In this document: piece by piece, positions 48,308 to 57,929 of the stretch
Layout: every line of letters starts with the position of its first letter
Numbering within the stretch: position 1 is the stretch's first letter
Virus record (IMG/VR): IMGVR_UViG_3300031857_000057
Coordinates: 1-64,000 of that record
Length of the DNA: 64,000 bases
DNA from: a virus
Strand: one strand, 5' to 3'
Made by a program: the position numbers and the translations under genes
Notes under the pieces: model-generated
The model's database searches: none
The model's input: the letters and a program-made list of their open reading frames with translations, nothing else
Told to the model about the DNA's origin: nothing

Positions 48308-49237
48308 ATGAGTAAGATTAAAGATTCATACACAGAAGATCAGGTCAAGCGTGTTTTGGCTGGCATTGGAATTGATGTTGAATCTGAAGTAGGACTAGAA
48401 TACATTGTATTTTGTCCATTTCATAATAACTCTAGAACTGCTGCAGCAGAAATAAATAAATACAATGGCATGCTGTTTTGTTTTTCATGTCAAAAAGTTG
48501 CAGATTTACTAGAGACTGTTATGCAGGTTAGTGGTAGAACATATTTTGAGGCATTAAGATATATTAAAAGTAAAGAGAAAGAATCAGATATATCTTTAAC
48601 AATAAATAAAGCATTATATACAAAGCCAGATTTTGTTCAATTTGATGAATTGCTTATTAAAAGACTTAATATGCAAGCGCTTGAATCACCAAGGGCCGTA
48701 AGATATTTTGAGGGTAGAAAGATAACGAAAGAATCTATTTCTAGATTTAGTTTAGGCTATTCTGAAAAACAAGACTATGTTACAGTTCCAGTTCACTCAC
48801 CTGATGGTATGTGTATAGGTTTTGTTGGCAGATCTGTAGAAGGAAAAGATTTTAAGAATACCCCAGGACTTCCAAAGAGTAAGGTATTATTTAATTTACA
48901 CAGAATTAAAAATTCTGAAACAGTATATCTAGTGGAGTCTTCTTTTGATGCCATTAGATTAGATCAGGTAGGTTTCCCAGCAGTCGCAACGCTCGGGGCT
49001 AATGTTTCTGTATCTCAAACTGAGTTGCTTAAAAAATATTTTAACAACATAGTTTTGATTGCAGATAACGATGATGCAGGAAAAACAATGTCAGAAAAGC
49101 TTGTTGATAAACTTGGATCACAAATAACAATAATAAATATAGATAAAAAATATAAAGATATTGGCGACATGGATGATGAATCAATTAGAAAACTTGAGTA
49201 CAAGTTTGACAATTCAATTATCGCTATGCTACAATAG
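48308..49237 (+). CDS. dnaG: DNA primase
   Basis: CPFH...CFSC zinc finger; TOPRIM VESSFDA, DNDDAG, KDIGD. Confidence 0.92.
   Translation: MSKIKDSYTEDQVKRVLAGIGIDVESEVGLEYIVFCPFHNNSRTAAAEINKYNGMLFCFSCQKVADLLETVMQVSGRTYFEALRYIKSKEKESDISLTINKALYTKPDFVQFDELLIKRLNMQALESPRAVRYFEGRKITKESISRFSLGYSEKQDYVTVPVHSPDGMCIGFVGRSVEGKDFKNTPGLPKSKVLFNLHRIKNSETVYLVESSFDAIRLDQVGFPAVATLGANVSVSQTELLKKYFNNIVLIADNDDAGKTMSEKLVDKLGSQITIINIDKKYKDIGDMDDESIRKLEYKFDNSIIAMLQ
49206..49235 (+). promoter_or_regulatory. Promoter TTGACA-18-TACAAT with TG extension
   Basis: In the 3' end of the primase gene, upstream of SD AAGGAG of the SSB gene. Confidence 0.72.
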
Positions 49238-49264
49238 AAAAAACACAAGGAGAAACAAAACAAA

Positions 49265-49918
49265 ATGGCAATCGTAAAAGGATTAAAAAACATAAACGCA
49301 TTAGTAGATAAGCCTAAGTCAGAAGGTTCTGGACTTAAGGTTCGTTGGGTTAAATTGGCAGATGGTCAGTCTGCAAAGATTAGATTTGTTAATGAACTAG
49401 ATTCTGACTCTGCACACTTTACAGAGGATCGTGGTCTAGCCGTTGTGGTATCAGAGCATACCAATCCAAAGGATTATAAGCGTAAGGCAGCCTGCACCCA
49501 GGACTCTGAGGGGCGTTGCTTCGGCTGTGAGATGGCCCGTAAAGAGCCTAAGAGCGGCTGGAGAGCCCGTCTACGCTTCTATACCAATGTTCTTGTTGAT
49601 GATGGTCTAGAAGACCCCTATGTGGCTGTATGGTCGCAGGGTATTAGTAAGCAATCTGCTTTTAATACAATCCGTGAGTACGCACTAGAGACTGGCAGCG
49701 TATCAAATGTGCAGTGGAAGCTAAAAAGAAATGGTCAGGGAACTGAAACAAATTACACCTTGATCCCAGCAGCTCCAGATGCAGAGCCTTTCAAGTGGGA
49801 TGGCGTTGAGCCATTTAACCTTGAGAAGGTTGTTCGTGAGGTCCCCTATCCAGAGCAAGAAGCATTTTACTTTGGATTTGATACACCTTCTGTTACTTCA
49901 ACAAACGTTGACTGGTAA
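49265..49918 (+). CDS. Single-stranded DNA-binding protein (gp32-like)
   Basis: KLADGQSAKIRF, H...C...CFGC, KRNGQGTETNY, acidic/aromatic C-terminus; between primase and polymerase. Confidence 0.7.
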   Translation: MAIVKGLKNINALVDKPKSEGSGLKVRWVKLADGQSAKIRFVNELDSDSAHFTEDRGLAVVVSEHTNPKDYKRKAACTQDSEGRCFGCEMARKEPKSGWRARLRFYTNVLVDDGLEDPYVAVWSQGISKQSAFNTIREYALETGSVSNVQWKLKRNGQGTETNYTLIPAAPDAEPFKWDGVEPFNLEKVVREVPYPEQEAFYFGFDTPSVTSTNVDW

Positions 49919-49921
49919 TAT

Positions 49922-52900
49922 ATGAACTATGTTGGGCTTCATGTCCACACTCATTACTCATTGATGGATGGTGTGGCTACTCCGCAAGAATATGTAAAAA
50001 GAGCACTTGAGCTGGGAATGCCAGCAATTGCAATTACAGATCATGGAACGCTTTCTGGGCATCGTGAAATGTATCGTCTTGCGAAAGAAGCAGGTATTAA
50101 ACCTATTCTTGGCATAGAAGGCTATATGACAAGCAATCGCTTTGATAATAGGGCGAAGGCAGATAGAACAGATCCATTAGATCAAAACTATCATCATATA
50201 GTTCTTCTTGCCAAGAACCAACAAGGTTTAGAAAATCTAAATAAAATTAATGAGATTGCTTGGACTGAAGGATTTTTTAGTAAGCCAAGATTTGATTTTG
50301 AAACATTAGAGAAATATAAAGAAGGTATTATTGTTACATCTGCTTGCCTAAGTGGCTGGATTGCAAAAGCGGTAGAACTAGATGAGCTTGCTATTGCTAA
50401 AAAGCACATAGCGTGGTTTAAAAATACATTTGGCGATGATTACTATATTGAGGTTATGCCTCATAATCCTGAAAGAGTTAATAAAGGATTAATTGATTTA
50501 GCTAAGTCCATGGGTGTAAAGATAGTTGTAACACCAGACTGTCATCACTCAGATACAAGCCAAAAAGAAATACAAGAGTTAATGCTTATCCTAAATACGC
50601 ATGCTAAATTACAAAAAGATGTTACATATGATAAATCACAAAAGCATAAAGACATGATGGACAGGCTTGACTATCTTTATGGGGCAGATCGTCAAATGTC
50701 ATTTAGATCTTTTGATATTCACCTTTTGTCATATGATGAAATGAAAGCATGTATGGCAAAGCAGGGTATAGATAATGACGAGATGTTTGCTAGTACATTA
50801 GAGATTGCAAACAAAGTAGAAGATTATGATATTAAGTCTGGTCTTAATTTGCTACCAGTTCAATATCGTAAACCTATGGAAGAACTCAAAAACCTTGCTT
50901 GGGAAGCAATGGAAGAAAAAAAGCTTACATCTAATTGGCTTGGAAGTGATATATATGAAACTAGACTTAATGAAGAACTAGACATTATTGATCAAAAGAA
51001 TTTTGGTCCGTACTTTCTTGTAGTCCGTAATATGATTAACTGGGCAAAAAAAGAAGGCATCATGGTAGGTCCAGGTCGTGGATCATCTGCAGGATCACTC
51101 TTGTGTTACCTTATCGGTATTACAGATATTGATCCCATTGAACATGATCTCCTATTCTTCCGATTTATTAATCCAGAGCGTAATGACTTTCCAGATATTG
51201 ATACAGATATTCAAGACTCAAGGCGTGATGAGGTAAAAGATTATCTTGTTAAACAATATCGTCATGTTGCATCTATTGCTACATTTTTAGAGTTTAAGGA
51301 TAAAGGTGTTGTACGAGATGTTTCTAGAGCTTTAAATATTCCTTTATCAGATGTTAACAAAGTTTTAAAAACAGTTGATACGTGGGATGATTTTTGTACA
51401 TCCAAGAATTCTGCCTGGTTTCGTGAAAAATATCCAGAGGTCGTAAACTATGGAGATCAGCTTCGTGGTCGCATTAGAGGAACTGGTGTACATGCTGCAG
51501 GAGTTGTTACAAGCAAAGAACCTATCTTTAAACACGCACCACTTGAAACAAGAAGTGTGACTGGATCTGATGAGCGTATGCCTGTAGTGGCGGTAGATAT
51601 GGAAGAGGCAGAGCGCATAGGTCTTATTAAAATTGATGCTTTAGGTTTAAAGACTCTTAGTGTTCTTAAAGATACTATTGATATTATTGATGAAAGACAT
51701 GGCAAAAAGATTGATTTACTGAATATTGATATGGATGATAAAAATGTTTATCAAATGCTTTCAGATGGATATACCAAGGGTGTATTCCAATGCGAAGCAA
51801 CACCATATACAAATCTTCTTGTCAAGATGAGAGTAAATAATCTTTCTGAACTTGCTGCATCCAATGCCTTGGTTCGCCCAGGGGCTATGAATACAATTGG
51901 TAAAGATTATATTGCTCGTAAGCATGGAAGACAAAATATTGACTACATGCATCAAATTTTAAAGGAATTCACAGAAGATACATATGGGTGTATCCTATAT
52001 CAGGAGCAAGTCATGCAAGCCTGTGTACATCTTGGCGGTATGACAATGGCAGAGGCTGATAAGGTAAGAAAGATTATTGGTAAGAAAAAAGATGCCAGAG
52101 AGTTCAATGCATTCCAGGACAAGTTTGTTAAGGGCGCTTCTGCTTATATTGCTCCTAATGCCGCTCTGGATTTGTGGCATGATTTTGAGGCACATGCGGG
52201 GTACTCGTTCAACAAGTCTCATGCGGTTGCTTACTCTACGCTCTCTTACTGGACAGCGTGGCTCAAATACCACTACCCAATAGAGTTTATGTATTCACTT
52301 CTCAAGAATGAGAAGGATAAAGACACGAGAACGGAATATTTGATTGAAGCGAAAAGAATGGGCATTCCAATTAAGTTGCCTCATATTAATGATTCGGATA
52401 AAGATTTTAAAATTGAAGGTAAGGGTATTAGATTCGGTCTTTCTGCCATTAAGTACATCTCTGATACTATTGCTGACAGGTATATTGCTGCTCGTCCATT
52501 TAGCTCATACAAAGAAGTAGAGGAATTTACTTTTACAAAAGGCAATGGTGTAAATTCTCGTGCACTACAGGCCATGAATGCCGTAGGTGCGCTTACATTT
52601 AATGACAATCCATCTAATCCAGAGAAGGTTAGAGAAAACCTATATGACTACTTAAATCTTCCTGAGTTTAATATGCCAATACCACAGCATTATCACGCAT
52701 ACCTTAACGACATTGAAGAATATGAGGAAAAGGGTGCATTCATTTTAATGGGTATGGTAAAATCAATTAAGAGATCTAAAGGATGGTCAAGAGTTGAAGT
52801 TCTGGACAAAACTGGCTCTGTCGGTATATTTGACGATGAAAACACCGCTATTGAGGCTGGTCGCACTTATATCATTCTTGCAAATGATAATAGGGTTGTT

Positions 52901-53209
52901 TCTGCAGTACCTGTTGATGAAGTACATAATTCTTCCGATGCTTTGATAAAGTTTTTAAACTATAAGATGTTGCCATATAAAGATGATGAGATGTTTGTTG
53001 TTTCGTTTAAGCCTAGAGTCACTAAGGCTGGTAAGAAGATGGCATCTCTTACAGTGGCAGATTCTGGTAGAGAATTGCATGCAATAACTGTATTTCCTAC
53101 AGCATTTCCAAAAGCATATATGCATGTACAAGCTGGAAATATTTATAAGTTTAGTTTGGGTAAAACAAAAGATGGCACAGTGATAATGGAGGATGTAGTA
53201 AGTGTTTGA
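49922..53209 (+). CDS. dnaE: DNA polymerase III alpha subunit
   Basis: PHP HVHTHYSLMDG, TDHG; GRGSSAGS; PDIDTD; HAAG; YSFNKSHA. No intein apparent. Confidence 0.96.
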   Translation: MNYVGLHVHTHYSLMDGVATPQEYVKRALELGMPAIAITDHGTLSGHREMYRLAKEAGIKPILGIEGYMTSNRFDNRAKADRTDPLDQNYHHIVLLAKNQQGLENLNKINEIAWTEGFFSKPRFDFETLEKYKEGIIVTSACLSGWIAKAVELDELAIAKKHIAWFKNTFGDDYYIEVMPHNPERVNKGLIDLAKSMGVKIVVTPDCHHSDTSQKEIQELMLILNTHAKLQKDVTYDKSQKHKDMMDRLDYLYGADRQMSFRSFDIHLLSYDEMKACMAKQGIDNDEMFASTLEIANKVEDYDIKSGLNLLPVQYRKPMEELKNLAWEAMEEKKLTSNWLGSDIYETRLNEELDIIDQKNFGPYFLVVRNMINWAKKEGIMVGPGRGSSAGSLLCYLIGITDIDPIEHDLLFFRFINPERNDFPDIDTDIQDSRRDEVKDYLVKQYRHVASIATFLEFKDKGVVRDVSRALNIPLSDVNKVLKTVDTWDDFCTSKNSAWFREKYPEVVNYGDQLRGRIRGTGVHAAGVVTSKEPIFKHAPLETRSVTGSDERMPVVAVDMEEAERIGLIKIDALGLKTLSVLKDTIDIIDERHGKKIDLLNIDMDDKNVYQMLSDGYTKGVFQCEATPYTNLLVKMRVNNLSELAASNALVRPGAMNTIGKDYIARKHGRQNIDYMHQILKEFTEDTYGCILYQEQVMQACVHLGGMTMAEADKVRKIIGKKKDAREFNAFQDKFVKGASAYIAPNAALDLWHDFEAHAGYSFNKSHAVAYSTLSYWTAWLKYHYPIEFMYSLLKNEKDKDTRTEYLIEAKRMGIPIKLPHINDSDKDFKIEGKGIRFGLSAIKYISDTIADRYIAARPFSSYKEVEEFTFTKGNGVNSRALQAMNAVGALTFNDNPSNPEKVRENLYDYLNLPEFNMPIPQHYHAYLNDIEEYEEKGAFILMGMVKSIKRSKGWSRVEVLDKTGSVGIFDDENTAIEAGRTYIILANDNRVVSAVPVDEVHNSSDALIKFLNYKMLPYKDDEMFVVSFKPRVTKAGKKMASLTVADSGRELHAITVFPTAFPKAYMHVQAGNIYKFSLGKTKDGTVIMEDVVSV

Positions 53210-53519
53210 TGAACTAGCAGAACAAATACACGACAATGCAAAGGCAAAAGGTTTTTGGGATAGACCAGCAGATGAAATATTTGTAGCAAAACAAATGATG
53301 ATGATTGTTTCAGAGGTTGTAGAGGCAATGGAAGTTGTTCGTAAAGACATGGATCCAGATAAGCTGTCTGATGAGTTTGCAGATATTATTATTCGTACCC
53401 TTGATCTTTATGCTGGTATGGTAGATGCAGGGTATATGAAAAAGTCTCTTGATTATGCAATTAAAGAAAAGATGGAGATAAACTCCAATAGACCAAAGAA
53501 GCACGGAGTAAGATTCTAG
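53202..53519 (+). CDS. MazG-like NTP pyrophosphohydrolase
   Basis: SEVVEAME...EFADIIIR.LD...KM..N..RP.KHG. Confidence 0.85.
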   Translation: MFDELAEQIHDNAKAKGFWDRPADEIFVAKQMMMIVSEVVEAMEVVRKDMDPDKLSDEFADIIIRTLDLYAGMVDAGYMKKSLDYAIKEKMEINSNRPKKHGVRF

Positions 53520-54535
53520 TGGTAGTAAATGTAGAAGATGTTTTAGCACAATTAAATCCTAAGTTGAGGAAAAGCATATTAGTTGGAGATGCTGTTCCTA
53601 AAACAGAATACGCAGCAACCCCAAGCTTTGGATTAAATAGAGCACTGAATGGTGGTTTGCCGTATGGTCGTCAAGTCCTTATCTGGGGTAGTAAATCAAG
53701 TGCAAAATCTTCACTATGCTTGCAAACAATCGCTTTGGCACAAAAAGAAGGAAAGGTTTGTGCTTGGATAGATGGAGAAATGTCTTATGACAAAGACTGG
53801 GCAGAAAAGCTTGGAGTAGATACATCAAAGCTTATTGTTTCTCAGGCTAGAACAATCAATGAAATGGTTGATGTAGGCGTAAACCTTATGGAGGCTGGTG
53901 TTGATCTTATCGTAGTAGATTCTATTACGTCTCTTCTTCCTGCAATTTATTTTGAAAAGGATTCAGATGAACTCAAACAGTTGGAGAACACAAAACAAAT
54001 CGGTGCAGAATCTAGAGACTTTAGCAATGCATGGAAAATGCTTAACTATGCAAACAATAAAGTTAAGCCAACTTTGCTTATCCTTATTTCTCAGTCTCGT
54101 AATAATATTAATGCTATGTATACTAGCCAGCAGCCTACTGGTGGTCAGGCTACTAAGTTTTATTCCTCAACTGTTGTTAAGCTATTTTCTTCTGAATCCG
54201 AAAACCAAGCGATTAAAGGAAAGATTGCGATTGGAGATAAATTAATTGAAGAAAAGATTGGAAGAAAAGTTAGATGGGAGCTACAATTTTCTAAAACTTC
54301 CCCTGCTTTTCAAGGTGGCGAGTATGATTTTTATTTTAGAGGCGATGGCGTGGGTGTTGATTCTATCGGCGATCTTGTTGACACGGCAGAGCTAATGGGC
54401 ATTGTTTCTAGAACTGGGGCATGGTATAATCTAGAAGATGGAACAAAGGTTCAAGGCAGAGAAGCTTTTGTAAATAGAGTTAAAGAAGATTTGAACCTTC
54501 AAGATTCTATTAGGTCCAAGGTTATGAATGTCTAA
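53519..54535 (+). CDS. recA: RecA-like recombinase
   Basis: GGLPYGR, WGSKSSAKS P-loop, IVVDSI, PTGG.A..FYSS, GAWY. Confidence 0.92.
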   Translation: MVVNVEDVLAQLNPKLRKSILVGDAVPKTEYAATPSFGLNRALNGGLPYGRQVLIWGSKSSAKSSLCLQTIALAQKEGKVCAWIDGEMSYDKDWAEKLGVDTSKLIVSQARTINEMVDVGVNLMEAGVDLIVVDSITSLLPAIYFEKDSDELKQLENTKQIGAESRDFSNAWKMLNYANNKVKPTLLILISQSRNNINAMYTSQQPTGGQATKFYSSTVVKLFSSESENQAIKGKIAIGDKLIEEKIGRKVRWELQFSKTSPAFQGGEYDFYFRGDGVGVDSIGDLVDTAELMGIVSRTGAWYNLEDGTKVQGREAFVNRVKEDLNLQDSIRSKVMNV

Positions 54536-54719
54536 CTATACAACCTATCCTGGTAAGTTTCCATGTAGAACTTGCGGGGAAGAAGTTAAAACATGTAGGG
54601 TTTATCCAGCAACTGGAGAATCTACTTGGATATGTAGTAAAAAACATTTATCTAAAAGCCAACTTTATACTGTTGGATATAAAAAGAAAAAGGATTATGA
54701 GCGAAAAGAACGAGAGTAA
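54528..54719 (+). CDS. Small Zn-ribbon protein
   Basis: CRTC...C.KKH. Confidence 0.6.
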   Translation: MSNYTTYPGKFPCRTCGEEVKTCRVYPATGESTWICSKKHLSKSQLYTVGYKKKKDYERKERE

Positions 54720-54987
54720 AAGGTTGGGGGCTAAGCAGCATAAAAATTCTGGTAGAAATACCAAGAAAGGTGATGCTACTTGGGAAAACTTTACGGTAGA
54801 TTTTAAAGAAAATTCAAAGTCATTTACTCTTAATAAAGATGTTTGGGCAAAAGCAACTACTGATGCTATTAAGAATGGAAATGATCCAGCCATAGTTGTA
54901 GTATTAGGCGATAGCGGAATAAAAACTCGTCTTGCAATTATAGAAGTAGGAATTTTAGAAAATATGTTAGGGGAATATAATGGATAA
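54697..54987 (+). CDS. PD-(D/E)xK Holliday-junction resolvase-like nuclease
   Basis: NSG...KGD......VDFK. Confidence 0.65.
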   Translation: MSEKNESKRLGAKQHKNSGRNTKKGDATWENFTVDFKENSKSFTLNKDVWAKATTDAIKNGNDPAIVVVLGDSGIKTRLAIIEVGILENMLGEYNG

Positions 54988-55294
54988 TAACGAACAGTCT
55001 AAAACAACGTTAGAAATGGTTAATGGTTTATCTGAAATTGCAGAGTTTATGAATGATGAAGAATTGACTACTGCTCTTACCATGATAGCAAAGCTTATTA
55101 TAAAGCCAGATATTCCTATGAATGTGGCAACATTAGAGATCGTTAGACTACAAGCCATCGCATCAAAAATGGCATTCAGAGCTACTTGGATGGCAAATGT
55201 AGATAAAAATGACAGGGCAAAGAAAAATATATACTATACTGCAGCAGAGTCAATCAACAATTTGGTGTCAGCTCTCAAGTATATAATGCGCTAG
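54980..55294 (+). CDS. hypothetical helical protein
   Basis: Operonic ORF. Confidence 0.65.
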   Translation: MDNNEQSKTTLEMVNGLSEIAEFMNDEELTTALTMIAKLIIKPDIPMNVATLEIVRLQAIASKMAFRATWMANVDKNDRAKKNIYYTAAESINNLVSALKYIMR

Positions 55295-55296
55295 TC

Positions 55297-55305
55297 TGAT
55301 ATACT
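55297..55305 (+). promoter_or_regulatory. Extended -10 promoter TGATATACT
   Basis: Intergenic, before SD AAGGA. Confidence 0.55.
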
Positions 55306-55327
55306 TATATATAACAAAAGGAATATA

Positions 55328-56161
55328 ATGACAAAAAATTTATTAAAGCAGGTAATGCTTAAGGAATCAGACAGCAAAAATATAAAAAAGAAACAAGATA
55401 AAATTATAGATTCAGATCAATTAATTGAGAAGATTAAATCTGGATATACTATTTCTCGTGGCCCAAAGCATATGAAAAAGAAAGCGTTTGCCCCTTCTCA
55501 AATTGCATACTCACACGGAGAATGCCCAAGATACTGGTATATTGCTTTTAATGGGGCAGTGTTTCAAGATGATACAGACGCTTATGGTGCAGCAAATATG
55601 CAATCTGGAACTATGTCTCATGACAGAATTCAACAAGCAATGCTGGATGCTGGAGTTGCAAAAGAATATATCAATGATAAAAATGAAAAGACAACAGAGT
55701 TTAAGGTAATATCTGATGATCCGCCAATCTTTGGTTATGGCGATGCCATGATTAATTGGGAAGGCGAAGAAATCGTTGGTGAAATTAAAACAATGATGAG
55801 TGAAGCCTATGAGTATCGTAAGAAAACAAATAAACCAAAGACAGGACACTTAATACAGCTATTAATATATATGAAGGTATTAAAAAAGGCAAAGGGTGTT
55901 TTGATATATGAAAATAAAAACACACATGACCTTATGGTTATTCCAGTTGAAGTAAATGATGGATATAAACAATGGATTGAAAATGCTTTTAGTTGGATGC
56001 GAGAAGTTAGACAAGCTTGGAAAGATCAGCAACTTCCAATAAAAAATTATCGCAATAACTCTAAGATTTGTAAAGGTTGCCCAGTAAGAGAAGCATGTGT
56101 TGAAGCAGGCACTGGAGTAATTAAGATTGCTTCCTTGGAGGAATTGAGTGAAACTCTGTAA
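55328..56161 (+). CDS. Cas4-like PD-(D/E)xK exonuclease
   Basis: PS.....CPR, GT..H, G.GD, EIKT, Q...Y, CKGCP....C. Confidence 0.85.
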   Translation: MTKNLLKQVMLKESDSKNIKKKQDKIIDSDQLIEKIKSGYTISRGPKHMKKKAFAPSQIAYSHGECPRYWYIAFNGAVFQDDTDAYGAANMQSGTMSHDRIQQAMLDAGVAKEYINDKNEKTTEFKVISDDPPIFGYGDAMINWEGEEIVGEIKTMMSEAYEYRKKTNKPKTGHLIQLLIYMKVLKKAKGVLIYENKNTHDLMVIPVEVNDGYKQWIENAFSWMREVRQAWKDQQLPIKNYRNNSKICKGCPVREACVEAGTGVIKIASLEELSETL

Positions 56162-56444
56162 TAGATTTGATTGTGAAACATATTTTCGTCCTAAGGTAAG
56201 CTATCAGGTTTACTGTTCAGATGAATGTAGAGATATTGCAACCAAAGAAAAAATTGCAGAGAGATACCAAGTAACAAAAAGATTAAAAAGAAAAGGCAAA
56301 GTAAGAAAATGTCTTGGAGGGTGCGGAGTTAATTTATCAATATATAATGATGAAGGATTCTGCTCAAACTGTAATGTTGTACAAAAAGAAGTTAATAAAA
56401 TGCTAAAGCAAATTAAAGGATATTTTGATTATGAACAAGATTAA
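56148..56444 (+). CDS. Cys-rich zinc-binding protein
   Basis: C....C, YCSDEC, C.GGC, CSNC. Confidence 0.65.
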   Translation: MKLCNRFDCETYFRPKVSYQVYCSDECRDIATKEKIAERYQVTKRLKRKGKVRKCLGGCGVNLSIYNDEGFCSNCNVVQKEVNKMLKQIKGYFDYEQD

Positions 56445-57003
56445 ACCTAAAAATATTTGTGCTATTGATGCTAGTACAAATACAATTGCTTTTGCTATTT
56501 TTGCTGATGACAAGCTATCAACAACTGGCAAGGTAGCATTTTTTGGACATAACATATATGAAAAAATTATTGATGCTACTGCAAAAACTAGGGCATTTTT
56601 TAGATTATATAATATAGATGCAGTAGTTATTGAGCATACGGTGTTTATGAATTCCCCCAAAACTGCAGCAGATCTTGCAATGGTACAAGGTGCAATTATT
56701 GGCGGTATTGGATTGACTGGAATAAATCAAATAGGCAGAGTATCCCCAATTACATGGCAAAACTATCTGGGAAATAAAAGACTTACAAAAGAAGAGCAGA
56801 TATCAATAAGGTCTGCAAACCCAGGAAAATCTGATTCTTGGTATAAATCTTATGAAAGAAATATTAGAAAAGAAAGAACTTCAAAACTTATTGATATTAT
56901 CTATGATAAAAAAATAGATGATAACGATGTTGCAGATGCCTGTGGCATAGGTCATTGGGCAATACATAATTGGGAAAAAGCTATTAAGTTTGACAAGGAT
57001 TAG
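56431..57003 (+). CDS. ruvC: RuvC-like resolvase
   Basis: CAIDAS, VVIE, P.TW, DNDVADA.GIG. Confidence 0.75.
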   Translation: MNKIKPKNICAIDASTNTIAFAIFADDKLSTTGKVAFFGHNIYEKIIDATAKTRAFFRLYNIDAVVIEHTVFMNSPKTAADLAMVQGAIIGGIGLTGINQIGRVSPITWQNYLGNKRLTKEEQISIRSANPGKSDSWYKSYERNIRKERTSKLIDIIYDKKIDDNDVADACGIGHWAIHNWEKAIKFDKD

Positions 57004-57019
57004 ATATGGCTGCTAAACT
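56990..57019 (+). promoter_or_regulatory. Promoter TTGACA-18-TAAACT with TG extension
   Basis: Straddles the ruvC stop and the start of the small HTH gene; points to the terminase genes. Confidence 0.55.
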
Positions 57020-57161
57020 ATATACAAATGAATCCTGGCTTCGTAAACGATATGTTATGGATAAAAAGACTCCACAAGAGATAGCGAAAGAGTGTGGGGC
57101 AAGCCTAGAAACAATATACGTTTACCTTGCTAAATTTGGATTAAGGAAATCAAAAAGATGA
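57006..57161 (+). CDS. Small HTH protein (51 aa; missing from ORF track)
   Basis: MAAKLYTNESWLRKRYVMDKKTPQEIAKECGASLETIYVYLAKFGLRKSKR; SD AAGGA; ATGA overlap with the next gene. Confidence 0.8.
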   Translation: MAAKLYTNESWLRKRYVMDKKTPQEIAKECGASLETIYVYLAKFGLRKSKR

Positions 57162-57403
57162 CAGAAAAGTTTAATATTACCGTTGATCAGGTAAATCATC
57201 CTACTCACTATACTTCAGATCCGTCTGGTGTTGAGTGTATTCAAATTACTCGTCATCGTAATTTTAATGTTGGCAATGCATTTAAGTATCTTTGGAGAGC
57301 AGGTCTAAAAAATGAAGATACGCAAATAGAAGATCTTAAAAAGGCAATCTTTTATATACAAGATGAAATTAAAAGATTAGAGGGAATTTATGACAAACAC
57401 TGA
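57158..57403 (+). CDS. DUF3310 family protein
   Basis: DQVNHPTHY...ECI...GNAFKYLWRAG.K...EDLKKA..Y. Confidence 0.88.
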   Translation: MTEKFNITVDQVNHPTHYTSDPSGVECIQITRHRNFNVGNAFKYLWRAGLKNEDTQIEDLKKAIFYIQDEIKRLEGIYDKH

Positions 57404-57929
57404 GGTAGAACTTATTAATCATCTTGATGAAGTAAACCGTGTTGTAGAAGAATATTTAAAAGGTAATGATGCTACCAGAATCTCTAAAGATTTGGGTATG
57501 CCGAGGACTCGTGTTGTTGCCCATCTTGATGAGTGGAAGCGTATGGCTTCAGATAATAGTGCAATTCGTGCTAGAGCTAAAGAGGCATTAGCTGGAGCAG
57601 ATGCACATTACAATAAGCTTATTACCAAAGCATATGAAGTTATTGAGGATGCTACAACTACAGCAAATCTAAATGCAAAAACTGCTGGTATTAAACTTGT
57701 AATGGATATTGAATCTAAGCGTATTGATATGTTACAAAAGGCAGGCTTATTAGAAAATAAAGAACTAGCAGAAGAGATGGTTGAGATAGAAAAAAGACAA
57801 GAGGTATTGGTTAATATCCTAAAAGACATTGCATCATCACATCCAGAGGTTAGAGATCTTATTATGCAAAGGCTGTCAAGTATTGCCAGAGAAGGTGAAG
57901 TGATTACAGTTGTCCACGATGTTCAATGA
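57390..57929 (+). CDS. Putative terminase small subunit
   Basis: N-terminal HTH and helical body, directly upstream of the large subunit. Confidence 0.6.
   Translation: MTNTEVELINHLDEVNRVVEEYLKGNDATRISKDLGMPRTRVVAHLDEWKRMASDNSAIRARAKEALAGADAHYNKLITKAYEVIEDATTTANLNAKTAGIKLVMDIESKRIDMLQKAGLLENKELAEEMVEIEKRQEVLVNILKDIASSHPEVRDLIMQRLSSIAREGEVITVVHDVQ

Noticed and set aside
55328-56161. Cas4-like gene as a sign of CRISPR-Cas
   Set aside because: No repeat-spacer array or other cas genes seen; solo Cas4-like nucleases are common in phage recombination modules.
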